DNA of 63,725 nucleotides, filler included, from Reclinomonas americana ATCC 50394 (Eukaryota): NCBI GenBank assembly GCA_048213135.1. It is 17 parts of 17 records of this genome, joined end to end, with 100 filler letters (N's around TTAATTAATTAA, not from the genome) between each part and the next. Parts side by side here need not be neighbours in the genome. Positions count along the whole stretch, not along the records: positions 51,212 to 58,036 come from AFZH01017121.1; positions 58,137 to 62,097 come from AFZH01017123.1; positions 62,198 to 63,725 come from AFZH01017127.1; 14 more parts are not named here. One strand, 5' to 3'. Shown piece by piece: positions 51,800 to 62,491 of this stretch (position 1 is its first letter; each line of letters starts with the position of its first letter). The notes under the pieces were generated by a model. It saw only the letters and a program-made list of their open reading frames with translations, ran no database searches and was not told where the DNA came from. The position numbers and the translations under genes were made by a program.

Positions 51800-52122
51800 G
51801 CTTGCTCCTGCGAGACAGCAACACATCAGAGACACAGAAGAAGAAGGAGAAGAGAGAGAGAGAGAGAGAGAGAGACAGGAGACGCACTGTTCACGCTCTT
51901 GAATGCGAAGTGTTGCGAGATCAGTCGATCATGACAGAGACTGAACCGAACACGCGAACATTCCTGCTCTCCTCTCTCCCTCCTCTGCCCAACACACACA
52001 CACACACCTGCCTATTACCCACTCACACACGCTCACACTTACACTTACACTCCATCGCGCATCTGTCTGACTCTTTTGTGCAACAACAACATTTTTCCCC
52101 CGTTCATTCACTCTCTCTCTCA

Positions 52123-52287
52123 TCATTTACATGGCATCTCCACCAACACCAACAACTCCTCATTGCCTCCGTCGTGGTTGTGGTCACCCATCGGCACCAG
52201 CACTTCCAGGTTGGAATTGGCGGGCACAATGATTTCAGCGGTGCATTGGTCGGAGATGATGGCGCTGTCAAAGTTCAGGCCTTCCAT
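52123..52287 (-). CDS. Microprotein P15 (54 aa) MEGLNFDSAIISDQCTAEIIVPANSNLEVLVPMGDHNHDGGNEELLVLVEMPCK
   Basis: GCC-ATG-G context; SAIISD motif. Confidence 0.55.
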   Translation of the reverse strand: MEGLNFDSAIISDQCTAEIIVPANSNLEVLVPMGDHNHDGGNEELLVLVEMPCK

Positions 52288-52412
52288 GGCAGCAAGCCAC
52301 CAACGAACGCACACACACACGCGCGACGATGAGACTGCGCGTCGGTGTGTACGTGTGGGAATGTGCGAGCAATGTCCGTTACCGTTTCTGTGGCATTGTG
52401 CGAGAGAAAGAG

Positions 52413-55400
52413 ATGGGCATCTCGACGTCGTTTGAGTCGCTGTGGGCGCTGTGTGATCCCTCCACTGGCACTCTTCATGTGCATGGAGTGGTGCCACCTC
52501 ATAAGAGGTTCGCCAAACACACTCTCTCTCACTCCTTGTCTCGCTCTCTCTCTCTCTCTCCTCCTTCTCACAATCACTCACTTACACGCTCCTCTCCTTG
52601 TCTCGCTCACTCTCTCTCCCTCCCTTCCCTCTCTCTCCCTTCCCTCCCCATCTCCCTCCGTCTCCCCTTCCGTTCCTCTCACTCACTTGTCTCCCGCAGA
52701 CCGGCACTTCACGCAGCACTGGACGCCATTGATGCCGAGTGCAGTGACGTGGTGCACAAGGTTCACTGCGTTGCCATTCTGATGCCGCTTTCCATCACGT
52801 TTCATCTCACTCAGGCGACGAGTGCAGATTACGTTGCAGGTCACGTACAGCAACTTTGTGCCGGTGCGCAGTGCGTTGAGTGGTTGGCGCTTCTCCGATG
52901 GTCAGTGGCGACCGCTGTTGCAGCGACCGCCTGACTTTAAGCGATTGTGGGATGCTCCGAGGCCGCCCAGTGCAGCGGATTGCAGGTGGGAGAAAGAGAG
53001 GGAAGATGGAAGAGGGAAGAGAAGGAAGAGGGAAGGAGAAAGGGGGGAGGAAGAAAGAGGAGATAGGAAGTTTCTCCTGCTTGTTGTCGCTATGCTTCTT
53101 ATCATCGCTGTTCTCCTTCCTGACGCTGTGCTCCTTCCTGACGCTGTGCTCCTTGTCATCGCTGTGCTCCTCGTCATCACTGTACTCCTTGTCGTCACTG
53201 TGCTCCTTGTCGTCGTTGTGCTCCTCGTCGTCGCTGTGCTCCTTGTCATCGCTGTGCTCCTTGTTGTCACTCTTCTCCTTGTCGTCGATGCTATTGTCGT
53301 CACTGGTCTCATTCCCGTCACTGTTCTCCTTGCCGTCACTGTGCTCCTTGTCGCCGCTGCTCTCTTTGTCCTCGATGTGCTGCTTTCATCTCACTCCGCT
53401 CCTTGCTGTCACTCTTCTCCTTGTCACCTTTCAGTGCCCCCTCTGGCAACCTCGTGGAACTCCTGGCGTCACAAGTGGATACGCAACAAGCAGCAGCAGG
53501 AAAGAAGAAGAAAGCCCTCCGACTTGTCACCTACAACGTGTGGTACGATCGGCGAGAGACCAAGGCCCGCATCAACGCGCTCCTGCGCATCGTGGCCCGC
53601 GAAGATCCCGACGTGGTGGCCTTCCAGGTCCGTGTGCCGACCACACCTCCTCCCTGTGTCAACTTGCTCGTCTCATTTCTTGAGTGACTGGCAGGAGGTG
53701 TCATCCACAGCCATGAAGGTTCTGTGCGAGAACAAGTTCGTGCAGCAGAACTACGACCTGTCGGAGATTGGTGGAGCGTCGTTTGAGCCATACGGACTGG
53801 TGATGTGCGTCAAGCGGAAACACCATGTTGTCTCGGTGGCCAGATACACGTTGCCGACGGTGCTCGTTGAGTATGCAGGAGGGAGGGAGGGAGGGAGGGA
53901 GAGAGAGACAATGGGGTTCACCGGTAATTCGCCAGCCACGACATCAGCGACTCCTGTGCCTCTTGCACGCTTTCTCTGCACTCTCCTTCATTTTCGTCGG
54001 CTTACATTCCTGTCTCTCAGGACCGCTACCTGCTTGTAATGTGCTTGGAAACCGCTGATACACACACCCGTGTGTGTGTCGGCACTGCGCAGCTGGAGAA
54101 CTTGGCATTGCAGCAAACGGTACGTATTCTTGTCTGCTGTCATATGTTCTCCTCTTCGCCCTTCCCTCATTTCCTCCACTCGCTCTTCTCCTCTCTTGCA
54201 TTTTTTGCTGCTCCTTTACCCCTTTCTCCTCCTCTTGTCGCTTTCTCTCTCGCTGCTCCCCCACTCGCTGCTCCTCCTCTCGCTGCTCCTCCTCTCGCTG
54301 CTCCCCCACTCGCTGCTCCTCCTCGCTGCTCCCCCACTCGCTGCTCCCCCACTCGCTGCTCCCCCACTCGCTGCTCTCTCCTCTCGCTGCTCCTCCTCTC
54401 GCTGCTCCTCCTCTCGCTGCTCCTCCTCTCGCTGCTCCTCCTCTCGCTGCTCCTCCTCTCGTCGCTCCTCTCGTTGCTCCTCCTCTCGCTGCTCCTCCTC
54501 TCGCTGCTCCTCCTCTCGCTGCTCCTCCTCTCGCTGCTCCTCCTCTCGCTGCTCCTCCTCGCTGCTCCTCCTCGCTGCTTTTCCTCTCGCTGCTCCCCCA
54601 CTCGCTGCTCGTCCTCTCGCTCTCCCTGCATGTCACTGCTCCTCCTCTCGCTGCTCTTCCTCTCGCTCTTCCCCTCTCGCTTTCCCTCCCTCTTGCTCTC
54701 CCTGCCTGTCACTGCTCCCCCTTCTCGCTCCCGTATCGCTCTCCCTTTTCACCTCCCCTTGCACTCTCCCGTTTTTATCTCACATTTCTCTCTTTCCCTT
54801 TTCCACTCACCCCTTCACTATCCCTTTCGCTCTCATTTTCGTCTCACTCTCACCTCCCCCCTTCTCCTTCTGGCTCACCCCTTTCCCTCTCTTTCCATCC
54901 CCTTCTCCCCCCTTCTCACCCACCCGCCCCCCAGCGACGCGAACAACTCAACGTGGCCTACGACATCCTGCGCAAATCGAGAGCTGAAGTCGCCGTGCTG
55001 ATGGGCGACTTTAACTTTATGAGCGAGTCGGAGAGCAAGTGTCTGCCTATGGACTTTGTGGACGCGTGGCGTGCAGTGCACGTTGGCGAGTGTGCAACGG
55101 GCATTCATGCGGTATCTTTTATTCGCTCCTACTAACTTCGGTGGCACGAGGTAAGCTGACTTGTTGCATAGAATGCCGGTCGGGGAAGCCAGTCCAGTTT
55201 CGGTCCGCTGGAGAGTCACGTTGGAGTGCCGGAGGCGGCGCCCAGGTAGAGTGATGTGGAAGGAGTGCGAAGAATCTCGTCGTCGTGAGGCTGACTTGTC
55301 AAGTGTTAGATCGCAACACCGGTCGGTCGAGATGCCTCCGATTGTGCCTCTCGGGCAGATGGTGAGCCGACGTGCATCACTGCTCACTCTCCACACCTCC

Positions 55401-56868
55401 CTCACTGCGTTTCTTTGTCTGCACAAGGATGTTCGACCGTCGATGCAGTCGCTTGTCGAGAGGCGCATGCTCGAGCGGCGCATGTCGGCACTGTTGACGC
55501 CCAACGACAAGGCCGCACAGGGCGGTAGCACGTACGACTGCTTCCGCAATCTCATGGCCAGCCAGCCGTACAGGTGCGGGAGGTGAAGATCAAGAGAGAA
55601 TACACACACTCTTTCTTGACCCTGTTGCATGCAGAGAACGCTTGGACCGCATCACCATCTGTGCCGACACGGTCATGGGCTTGAGCGGTGGCGAGGCACT
55701 GCCACTCACCAACCAGCAGAGTTCTGTCGCCGGACGGTTTCGAGTCTCATCAACAGCTGATCTCACCCCCACCGTCATTCGCCGCCACATGGCAGTGCGG
55801 GAGGAGCGATCGGTGGCCGCACAGCAGTACTTTGACGTGAAAAGTTGCATCGTTGTCTTCTGTCTCTCAGCCCGTACCCTCCCATTGTACTGACTGGGCT
55901 TTTTGGGTCGAGCAGAGGCTTCTCAGGCGCACATTGACATTGACGACACGTGCGAAGAAGATGGTTTGCGAGACGATGTACAGATTTGTGTAAAGTATGT
56001 GGTTGCTGACTCCCCCACTCGAACATTAGCAGCTGAGCCAGTGGCATCCGAGTCGCTTCAGCGTCCACCACCGCCCCTGGTCTGCAGTTTTTCCCCCTCA
56101 TCAATTGCCTTCCATCAACACTGGTATTCACCACACGTTCCACCCCACGCAGAGAAGCAGATCGAGTATGCAACCGCTCTCCAAGCAACGCAGCCTGCTG
56201 TCACGCATGCGTCCTCTCGGTCGCATGCCGGCCGCTGAGGGTCTCGAGGGACCAGAGCCACCATCCGACTCGGTCTCCGACATGCGCTCGGCGTCGGTGG
56301 AGGACGTGGTGCGCACCGTGGGTCTCTTGTCGTGGGTGCCAACCACTGTCAAGGTACGTTCCGTCTGCAACTCACCTTGCTCAAGTCAATCGACTCACGT
56401 GGCGAGCCGCCAGATGCTGGGAACGGAACCATTCGAGGACACCCGACAACGGTGCACGCAAGACAGCGGAGAGAGCGTATGTCTGGGAGCCAGCATGGCG
56501 GTCGACGACACCGACGACAGCGAAGAATCGCGCGAGAGACGAGCACTCCGCGAAGAGACCATCCGGTATGACCACCCTTGCCCGTGCCCACTTTCCTTTG
56601 CCATCGCTCATTTCCCGTGTGCCACGCAGCTTCCTCTACGGTCTCTATACAATTGCCCGTTGCCTGTTACTTGCTGCTGACTTGGGCGACTGACTGGCGA
56701 TTGCACAGGTGCCAAGATCGAAGGTCCTCTGTGGGTCTCGGACCAGTTTCGTCGCACCACGATCTGCTTGTCGCAGCAGCCACGAGTCTGTACTCACACT
56801 CGAAGTTTCTGCACAGCTTCGGCCTGTCTGTCGAACTGGAGCAAGTCGCTGTCAACAACAGTCAATGA
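52413..56868 (+). CDS. Endonuclease/exonuclease/phosphatase (EEP) family, TDP2-like phosphodiesterase, multi-exon
   Basis: Motifs in order: LRLVTYNVWY, DPDVVAFQ|EV, VLMGDFN, FVDAW, STYD..N, RLDRI, LGTEPF, LWVSDH|FGLSVEL..NNSQ*. N-terminus MGISTS. Confidence 0.8.
53095..53385. repeat. 18-bp intronic minisatellite (gtcatcgctgtgctcctt-like)
   Basis: Direct tandem copies; they produce the spurious VIAVLL repeat ORF. Confidence 0.85.
54245..54665. repeat. 15-bp intronic minisatellite (ctcgctgctcctcct)
   Basis: More than 20 tandem copies visible. Confidence 0.9.
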
Positions 56869-56920
56869 ACGTCCACTCATGTCACTGTGCCACACAGCTT
56901 CCTTTGTCTCTAATCACGTA

Positions 56921-57550
56921 GTGCAGCTGCAGGTGCCAAGATCTCCTTTGACTGCAGCTGCTGCCACGAGTCTACTCTGACACTCATGCTTCGGCCCAGC
57001 TGTCACACCGTGTCAACAATACTGTGCCACACAGCTCACTTGGTCTCTAATCACTAGTAGTGCAGCTGCAGGTGCCAAGATCTCTTTGGACTGCAGCTGC
57101 TGCCGCGAGTCTACTCTAGCACTTATGCTTCGGCCCAGCTGTCGCACTGTGTCAACAACAGTCAATGAACGTCCACTCATGTCACAGCTTCCTCGGTCTC
57201 TGATCACCAATTACACCTTGTTTGCTGCTGAAGTGCAGCTGTAGGTGCCAAGATCTCCTTGGACTGCAGCTGCTGCCACGAGTCTACTCTAGCACTCATG
57301 CAGCTTCGGCCCAGCTGTCGCACTGTGTCAACAACAGTCAATGAACGTCCACTCATGTCACAGTGCCACACAGCTTCCTCGGTCTCTGATCACCAGTTGC
57401 ACCTTATTCGCTACTGAAGTGCGTTAGTAGTGCAGCTGCAGGTGCCAAGATCTCCTTTGACTGCAGCTGCTGCCGCGAGTCTACTCTAGCACTCATGCAG
57501 CTTCGGCCTTGCTGCAAGTCACCAGTCCATGAACGTCCACTCATGTCCTC
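56921..57550. repeat. Four-copy tandem array derived from the EEP gene 3' end, each with a hairpin
   Basis: gtgcagctg(c/t)aggtgccaagatctc starts at 56921, 57060, 57233 and 57430. Confidence 0.85.
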
Positions 57551-57577
57551 TCTCGTCTCTGTCAGTCACGTAGACGC

Positions 57578-57860
57578 ATGCTCATTCACTCATTGGCGTT
57601 GCGGTGCACGTGGCGGAGACCTCTTCTCCGACTCATGTCCTCTGCCGCAGACAGTGAAGGAGGAGTGGTGGTGCAGTCGGTGCTGTCCACACTGCACTTT
57701 GACAATGCAAGTCTGCGCGAGTTGCCTCTGGATCCCGAGGAGGAGAACTATGTGCGCCCAGAGGTCGAAGGCGCATGTTTCAGTCGGTTAGAGCACACAC
57801 ACACACACACAAAGAGAGAAAGAGAGAGAGAGGGGAGATGAGTGAAGACAGGCTCTCGAA

Positions 57861-57899
<39 letters not shown>

Positions 57900-58144
57900 G
57901 AGAGAGAGAGAGAGAGAGTCACGTCGTACCGTACGGAAAGGTAAACGGAACGAGACGAAGTAGAAGAAGACGAAGTACGAACACACACACACGCACACAC
58001 ACACTACACACACACAGAGAGAGAGAGAGAGCGAGANNNNNNNNNNNNNNNNNNNNNNNNNNNNNNNNNNNNNNNNNNNNTTAATTAATTAANNNNNNNN
58101 NNNNNNNNNNNNNNNNNNNNNNNNNNNNNNNNNNNNTACTACTA

Positions 58145-58243
<99 letters not shown>

Positions 58244-61175
58244 TTCCATCTTTTCCTTCCTCTCTATCTCTCAGCCACCGCAGTGTTTTTCCGAGATCTG
58301 TCGACATCCATGTTGCATCTTTACTTTGGTGTCTTCTTTTGCTCTATCTCTCTCTTCCTCCCTCCCTTTCCTTCCCTTCCCTTCCTTGTTCTCATTGCCC
58401 TCATTTTCTTCCCTTTCCTCTCTCCCTCTTTTTCGCCTTGTGCTCACTGCTCACTTGCGCACAGCTGCTACTGCGGGCATCAGTTCGGTGCGCTGTTGTC
58501 TCTCCCTCTCTCTGTCTGTGTCTGTGTCTTTTGTGGTGTGCTGAGTGTGCGTGCAGGTGTGTTTGCGGGGCAGCTCGGTGACGGTGCCACGGTGCGTGTT
58601 TGCAAGCGAGAGAGATAGAGAGAGGTGGCGGAGTGACTGACTTGTGCTTGTGTAGATGTACTTGGGCGAGGTGATCAACCCGGACGGAGTGCGCTGGGAG
58701 ATCCAATTCAAGGGCGGTGCGTTTTCCCCCAGCTCTCTCGTGTTCATCTCTCTGTGTTGGCTCACGAGTGGTGCAGCTGGTCCGACTCCGTACCGTCGCA
58801 GTGCCGATGGACGCAAGGTGAGCTTGCTCGTGCTCGGTGAAGTGTAATTGGTGCCTAACTTGTCTCCAGGTGTTGCGATCGAGTGTTCGCGAGTTCCTCT
58901 GCAGGTGATTCCGCATTGTTGTGGAGAGGGAGAGCACCTCGCGTGTGCGTGTCATGACTGGAATTTCTCTCTGTCTCTCCCTTTGCACTCTCCAGTGAAG
59001 CCATGCATTCTCTCGGCGTGCCGACCACGCGCGCTGGCACAGTGGTGACCTCGGATACCAGGGTTCGTCTCTCTCCCTCTCTCCTATCTTCCACTCACTG
59101 TCCCTCACTCTCCCTCCACATCGCCAGGTGGTTCGTGACATTTTCTACAACGGCAACCCAATCCGCGAGCGTGCCTCGATCGTGCTGCGCATCGCACCCA
59201 CCTTCCTGCGCTTCGGCTCGTTTGAGGTGAGCCATGTAAGAGGAAGTTGCTTTCCTGGGCCATCGCATTTGCTGAACCATAGGCGACGTACAGATCTTCA
59301 AACAGCGTGACCCGCGCTCCGGTCGCAAGGGCCCGAGTGCCGGTCGCGACGACATGCTGCGCACGATGCTCGATTTTACGATTCGACAGTACTTCCCGCA
59401 GATCTGGGAGGCGCACTCGGCGGCGGATGCAGCACAGACGCGGTACCTGGAGTTCTACCGTGAGGTAGTGCGACGCACGGCGGTGCTGGTGGCCGCGTGG
59501 CAGACGGTGGGCTTTTGCCATGGAGTTGCGACAAAAGACCAGAGAGTGTCAACGCTCTCGAGTCACCTGTCTGACGGTGTTGTCGGGTGCAGGTTCTCAA
59601 CACAGACAACATGTCCATTGTGGGAGTCACGGTGCGTGCGCGCCAAAATAGTGGTGCATGGGAAGTTGATTGCTGATCGCCAATGCAGATCGACTACGGT
59701 CCATACGGGTTCATGGAGAGCTTCAACCCCGACTGGGCCTGCAACGGCAGCGACGATGGCGGGCGGTACTCGTATCGGTGAGCTGCTGCTATCAGTGACA
59801 TCTCTTTCCGTCCCTCAGTCATTATGGTGTCTACTCTTCGTTCCTCTCTCTTCTTCTATCCCCTCTCCGTTCCTCCCTCTCAATTCCCCTCTCCGTTCTC
59901 CCCTCTCCGTTCCCCTCTCTCCGTTCCCCCTCTCCATTCCCCCTCTCCATTCCTCCCTCTCCATTCCCCCTCTCCATCCCCCCTCTCCGTTCCCTCCTCT
60001 CCATCCCCCTCTCCGTTCCCCCCTCTCCGTTCCCCCTCTCCATCCCCCTCTCCGTTCCCTCTCTCCTTCCCCTCTCTCCGTTCCGCTCTCTCCGTTCCCC
60101 CCCTCCGTTCCGCTCTCACCGTTCCCCCTTATTTCCCCCTCTCCGTTCCCCCTCTTCGTTCCCCCTCTCCATTCCCTTTCCCCCTCTCCCTTCCCCCCCT
60201 CTCCCCTTGCCCTCCCTTCCCTCTTTCTCACCCCCTCACCAGCAACCAACCCGGACGCGTGCGCTGGAACTGCGAGCGACTGGCCGAGGCAATCCAGCTG
60301 GCGATCCCACTCAGCGTTACTCGACCGGTGTTGGCCGAGACCTTTGACGTGGTGTACGCCGCCGAGTATCGTGCACGCATGCGACGCAAGCTCGGCCTGT
60401 GCCCCGTGGCGACAGCCAACAATGCCGACCAGAATGCGGCCGACGACGAGCTGTTTACGCAGCTGTTTGACGCCATGCAGGTGGCCGGGACGGATTTCAC
60501 CGAGGTCCGTACCACGCGCGCGCGCGCTGCCCCTTCTCGTTCTTCTGTGCATGCTAACGATGCGAGCAGACATTCCGCGCGCTGATGCGAGTGCTGGAGA
60601 TGGAGGATCTCAGTGCGAGCGAAGGCGACGACGCCATTATCGAGTGCCTGGTGAAGGTGTCGGCGGACTTTGAGATCACCGCGCGCGCCCTCGCGCCGCA
60701 GTACTCGCCTGCGCAGCTGCGGCAGCTGCAGGCGGTGCCACCGGCCATGCTGGAGATGTTTGGTATGAGCAAGGAGACGCTGGACGAGCAGTTTGCCAAG
60801 CTGGAGCGCTTCACCAGCTACGTGAATGCCGGTGCCGAGGGCAAGCAGGAGCGCGAGCGCACCAAGTGGCGCGAGTGGCTCGCGGCCTACCGACAGCGAG
60901 TGGCCGCCGACATGCTCGTCAGCGACATGGACCGCGCCGCCCGACTGGCCATGGCCAATGCGGCCAATCCGGTCTACGTGTTGCGCAACGATCTCGCACA
61001 GCGCGCCATTGCGGCGGCCGAGGAGCTGGACTTCTCCGAGGTCGAGCGCTTGCTCGCACTGCTGCAGGATCCCTACACGGTCCGCGACGCCGCCGACTAC
61101 GATCCACTGACGTACCAGTTCTCCGCGCGCACACTGCAAAAGGCGCGTGAGATTTGCGTCACATGATCTTCGTAA
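57578..61175 (+). CDS. SELENOO: Selenoprotein O (pseudokinase-fold protein adenylyltransferase) with selenocysteine at UGA 61164-61166
   Basis: Spliced motifs [126 protein letters not shown]-terminus ICVT-TGA-SS-TAA. Arg-rich mitochondrial-type presequence. Confidence 0.96.
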
Positions 61176-61227
61176 GGCGGTGCGCTTCCCGCTGCGCACC
61201 GCGTTCCGGCTCTCTCATCTCAGTCGA

Positions 61228-61346
61228 ACGCACACGCATGGAGTAAGGAGATCTTCTGTCTCCATCGAGTGACGGTAACGCTGGCACTAGAAAAAAGGCG
61301 GCAGCACATCGTGCCGCTCAGCCAGCGTCCTGATACAAGTGTGCGT
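61228..61346 (+). promoter_or_regulatory. Candidate SECIS element (type II, GUGA core)
   Basis: GTGAC 61269-61273 / TGAT 61331-61334 quartet. Helix GG(TA)ACGCTGGC:GCCAGCGTCC, A-run 61291-61296, mini-stem GCGGCA:TGCCGC, basal helix ACGCACAC:GTGTGCGT. Confidence 0.75.
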
Positions 61347-62034
61347 AGTAGGTATTGAGTTTGAGTGAGCGAGGCATGTACAATCACAATAAAGAGAAAG
61401 AAACTTGGCACTGGTCCAGGCTTGCCTGCGAAGCACGTTGCGGTTGTTGACCACCGCAACTTGCTGGTTGAAGTGCGCCTCCTGGCGTTCCTCATGTAAA
61501 GTGAATTTCGAACACGTGGATACAATATCATGATCATTGCAGCAGTTGTCCCTCGCACCATCTTTGAAGTCGCTAACCACCACTGCATTGTGCTCTCAAC
61601 ACTAGAACTTGCAGGTTGGAAGTACACCACGTGGTGTTCCTCTTGAGCACACGTGGAGAAAGTGTATTTCGATCGCGAATTCGAACACAGGCATGTACAT
61701 CATTGCAGCAGTTGTCACTCGCACCACTGCTGCCATGGCCACTGATCACCACGATAGCACACACATACACTCTACAACACCCAACCTTCCCGTCACTGTA
61801 AAAAAAGCCGTGAGAAAAAAGACGCGGGAAAAGCATTGAAAAGAATTGACAGAGAGATGAGCAGCAGCGAGATCTCCTTCGACTCTGTGCAAGTGGTGGA
61901 CCCGAGTGTGACCACACTCGAGCGCTCTCTCGCCTCTCTCACACACGCTCACTCGCCCACAAACAGCGCCTTCCATGGCAAGTTGTCTCATGAACACACA
62001 CTGACACACACACACACTCACTCACTCACTCACG

Positions 62035-62097
<63 letters not shown>

Positions 62098-62257
62098 NNN
62101 NNNNNNNNNNNNNNNNNNNNNNNNNNNNNNNNNNNNNNNNNTTAATTAATTAANNNNNNNNNNNNNNNNNNNNNNNNNNNNNNNNNNNNNNNNNNNNGCA
62201 CAGAGAAGAACGCATGCACACCATGCACACAAGAGCAAGAGAGAGACAGGCACTGAC

Positions 62258-62354
62258 CTCCAAGCACACTAATGTTGAGATCCTTCTTTGCCAAGTTCTC
62301 AATGTAGTCGGCCAGCACGCTCGAGATGAGCGCTGCAATCTTCTTCTCAAACAT
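62258..62354 (-). CDS. VPS13: First exon of a chorein_N (VPS13-like) protein
   Basis: MFEKKIAALISSVLADYIENLAKKDLNISVLG|G followed by a GTCAGT donor; typical chorein N-terminal motif. Confidence 0.75.
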
Positions 62355-62491
62355 GGCGCCGACGCTCGTGCACACTCAGCACACACGAGAGAGTGCGTGT
62401 GAGAGAGAGACGCACGCGCGTTCACAGTCACACGCACGCACAGTGTGGACAGTGCGTCGCGCGAGTCCCTTCTGTTGTTGTCTCTCGTGCA

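Larger units (their letters stand above)
2683..62197. other. 16 artificial scaffold spacers (N44-TTAATTAATTAA-N44)
   Basis: Identical 100-nt blocks start at 2683, 4678, 6559, 17369, 22192, 27063, 34078, 39422, 40579, 42614, 44413, 46355, 47928, 51112, 58037 and 62098. The core has stop codons in all six frames. True gap sizes are unknown. Confidence 0.99.

Noticed and set aside
53944..55135. Long ORFs in several frames (AAPPL, RCSSS, GGAAR repeats); similar ones at 1701-2639, 28290-29855 and 36436-37560
   Set aside because: Stop-free frames produced by minisatellites and microsatellites in introns or intergenic DNA.
56921..57550. Repeat array with variable spacing resembling a CRISPR array
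   Set aside because: The inter-repeat segments are homologous to each other and to the upstream gene rather than unique spacers. The context is eukaryotic and there are no cas genes.
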